This document shows, one piece after another, positions 25,196 to 26,975 of a stretch of 26,975 nt of DNA (the first letter of the stretch is position 1; each line of letters begins with the position of its first letter). The position numbers and the translations under genes are program-made. The notes beneath the pieces were generated by a model. That model saw only the letters and a program-made list of their open reading frames with translations, ran no database searches and had not been told where the DNA came from. This DNA comes from Catajapyx aquilonaris (Eukaryota): assembly GCA_000934665.2 (NCBI GenBank), contig KZ538270.1:62001-88975 (forward strand), given 5' to 3'.

Positions 25196-26802
25196 CATAT
25201 ATTATATACGCGCTACGCTAATATGGGACAGTCTTGGCAAAACGGGCGACGCTGCCGCGCGCGCCATCTGTTGGCTTGGGGTGGGGTTAGCCCCTCAGCC
25301 CGCAGCCACTAGTGCAAATACGTCAATGTTTTCCTATTTAAATTAATTATTTCACAGCGTTTACGTACATGACCCGTGCACCAAAAAAGCAGAAATGATA
25401 TATATGAGGCCTGCAGGTTAAGTATTCGGCTCTTTCGAGTGCTGACGCTCCATGCCACAAAGGAATAAAATGAAACGAAAGGGAATAATAAGCTATTTGT
25501 TTTGGCTCTAATTTATACTAACGTAAATATCACGTAAGTGCTTAACAATGGATAGGTCAAATACTTCATGCTGCTGATAAATGATGTCATGCAATTCATG
25601 CCATATCACAGGTAGTGCTTGAACTTAAGTTCAGTGGAATTATTAAGTCGTACAGGTTTAAAAGAAACTCCAGGGAAGAATTATTAAGGGTGGTTTTAAT
25701 TATGCTTTACTCAACATGAATGCACCCTCCAGTGGTGCGTATTAATCTCTCAGATGCATTTAACTCTCAGCGCACATCTCACATTCAATTCTTACGAATC
25801 ACGCAGTAAATAACTCGTCTCTCCCTTCAAAATAAATTTGAAATTTGAAATTTGGTGTCTAAGTTGTTCGTGACTTGCCTCAAAGATAGTTGCACCTTGG
25901 TTGCACTATCATGATCGAATTTAGTAGATAAAGTGGGCTGGCTTCATAACTGAGGGAGTACTGCTGGAACGTATGTGCTCTCGACTTCGGCTTATACCGA
26001 GTGCCTGACTGATTGACTCTCGTGCATTTTCTGCTTTTATATTTTTCTGTTAGTCTAACTAGTTATACTAAGCCTAGTACAGCCAATAAGAGGGGCACAA
26101 TTTTATTAGGCTCTTGTTCTTGACAGTAATAGTTATGCTGGTATGTAGTCTCGTGCTGAGGATTATCTGTTGGGTGTGTGGTATCATCAGGTATAGCTGT
26201 GGATGGGTGCTGAGAGTTAAATGCATTGTAATTATCTGAGAGTTTAATACGCACCACTGTAGGGTGCATTCATGTTGAGTAAAGCATAATTAAAACCTTG
26301 TTAGTTGAATTCTTCCCTGGAGTTTCTTTTAAACCTGTACGACTTAATAATTCCACTTAACTGAAGTTCAACCACTACCTGTGATATGGCATGAATTGCA
26401 TGACATCATTTACCAGCAGCATGAAGTGTTTGACCTATCCATTGTTAAGCACTTATACGTGATATTTACGTTAGTAACTAGAGCCAAACAAATTATAGGC
26501 TATAATTGCTTATTCCCTTTCGTTTCATTTTCCTTTGTGGCATGGAGCGTCAGCACTCGAAAGAGCCGGATACTTAACCTGCAGGTCTAATTATATCATT
26601 TCTGATTTTTTGGTGCACGGGTCATGTACGTAAACGCTGTGAAACAATTAATTTAAATAGGAAAACATTGACGTATTTGCACTAGTGGCTGCGGGCTGAG
26701 GGGCTAACCCCACCCCGAGCCAACAGATGGCGCGCGCGGCGGTGCCCCCAGTTTTCTGTAGAGGGGTGCCCCATATTTATAGAAGCGGGGTAATAATATT
26801 TG
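25196..26802. mobile_element. Non-autonomous foldback DNA transposon (P-element/Galileo-like), 1607 bp
   Basis: Long inverted arms at ~25196-25778 and ~26202-26802 around a ~420-bp spacer. Termini CATATATTAT...ATAATATTTG. Exact 7-bp TSD ATGTCCA at 25189-25195 and 26803-26809. No transposase ORF. Confidence 0.9.
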
Positions 26803-26877
26803 ATGTCCATCTGGCGGGAGCAATTCCAAGTACGAGAAGATATGTCTATCTGGCGGGAGCAAGTCCAAGTACGAGAA
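26803..26877. repeat. 39-bp minisatellite, right part (rest of the interrupted unit plus one full unit)
   Basis: The same unit resumes in the same orientation right after the foldback element; full unit at 26839-26877. Confidence 0.92.
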
Positions 26878-26975
26878 GCAAGGCTTTTTCTAACCAGGTT
26901 CCGTATTCAGAAGGGTTCCTTATGGGGCCGCTTGGCACGCTTCCGTTGCATGCCGCTCGAGGCGCTGATGCCAGC

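Noticed and set aside
24844..25312. ORFs with 13-aa repeats on both strands
   Set aside because: By-product of a 39-bp (multiple of 3) tandem repeat; no other coding evidence.

Overview
Eukaryotic (probably invertebrate animal) genomic DNA with very short introns. The right third holds two intact spliced minus-strand genes that I reconstructed by hand. One is VPS35 (retromer core, 7 coding exons, 857 aa, with one GC-AG intron and an ATG-only first coding exon). The other, just downstream, is a calpain (7 exons, about 541 aa) with an intact catalytic triad, no penta-EF-hand domain and a candidate N-myristoylation start. Three foldback elements share CA...TG termini and exact 7-bp target-site duplications, a P-element/Galileo-like signature. 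Two are copies of a palindromic MITE, one lying in the calpain 3' UTR. The third is a 1.6-kb element with ~580-600-bp arms that splits a 39-bp minisatellite upstream of VPS35. There is also a Harbinger-like element, a perfect 42-bp palindrome and a cluster of RFX X-box motifs. Bases 1-15,000 look mostly intronic or intergenic, with a few candidate first exons of an unidentified minus-strand gene. I found no prokaryotic system, CRISPR array, or RNA gene.
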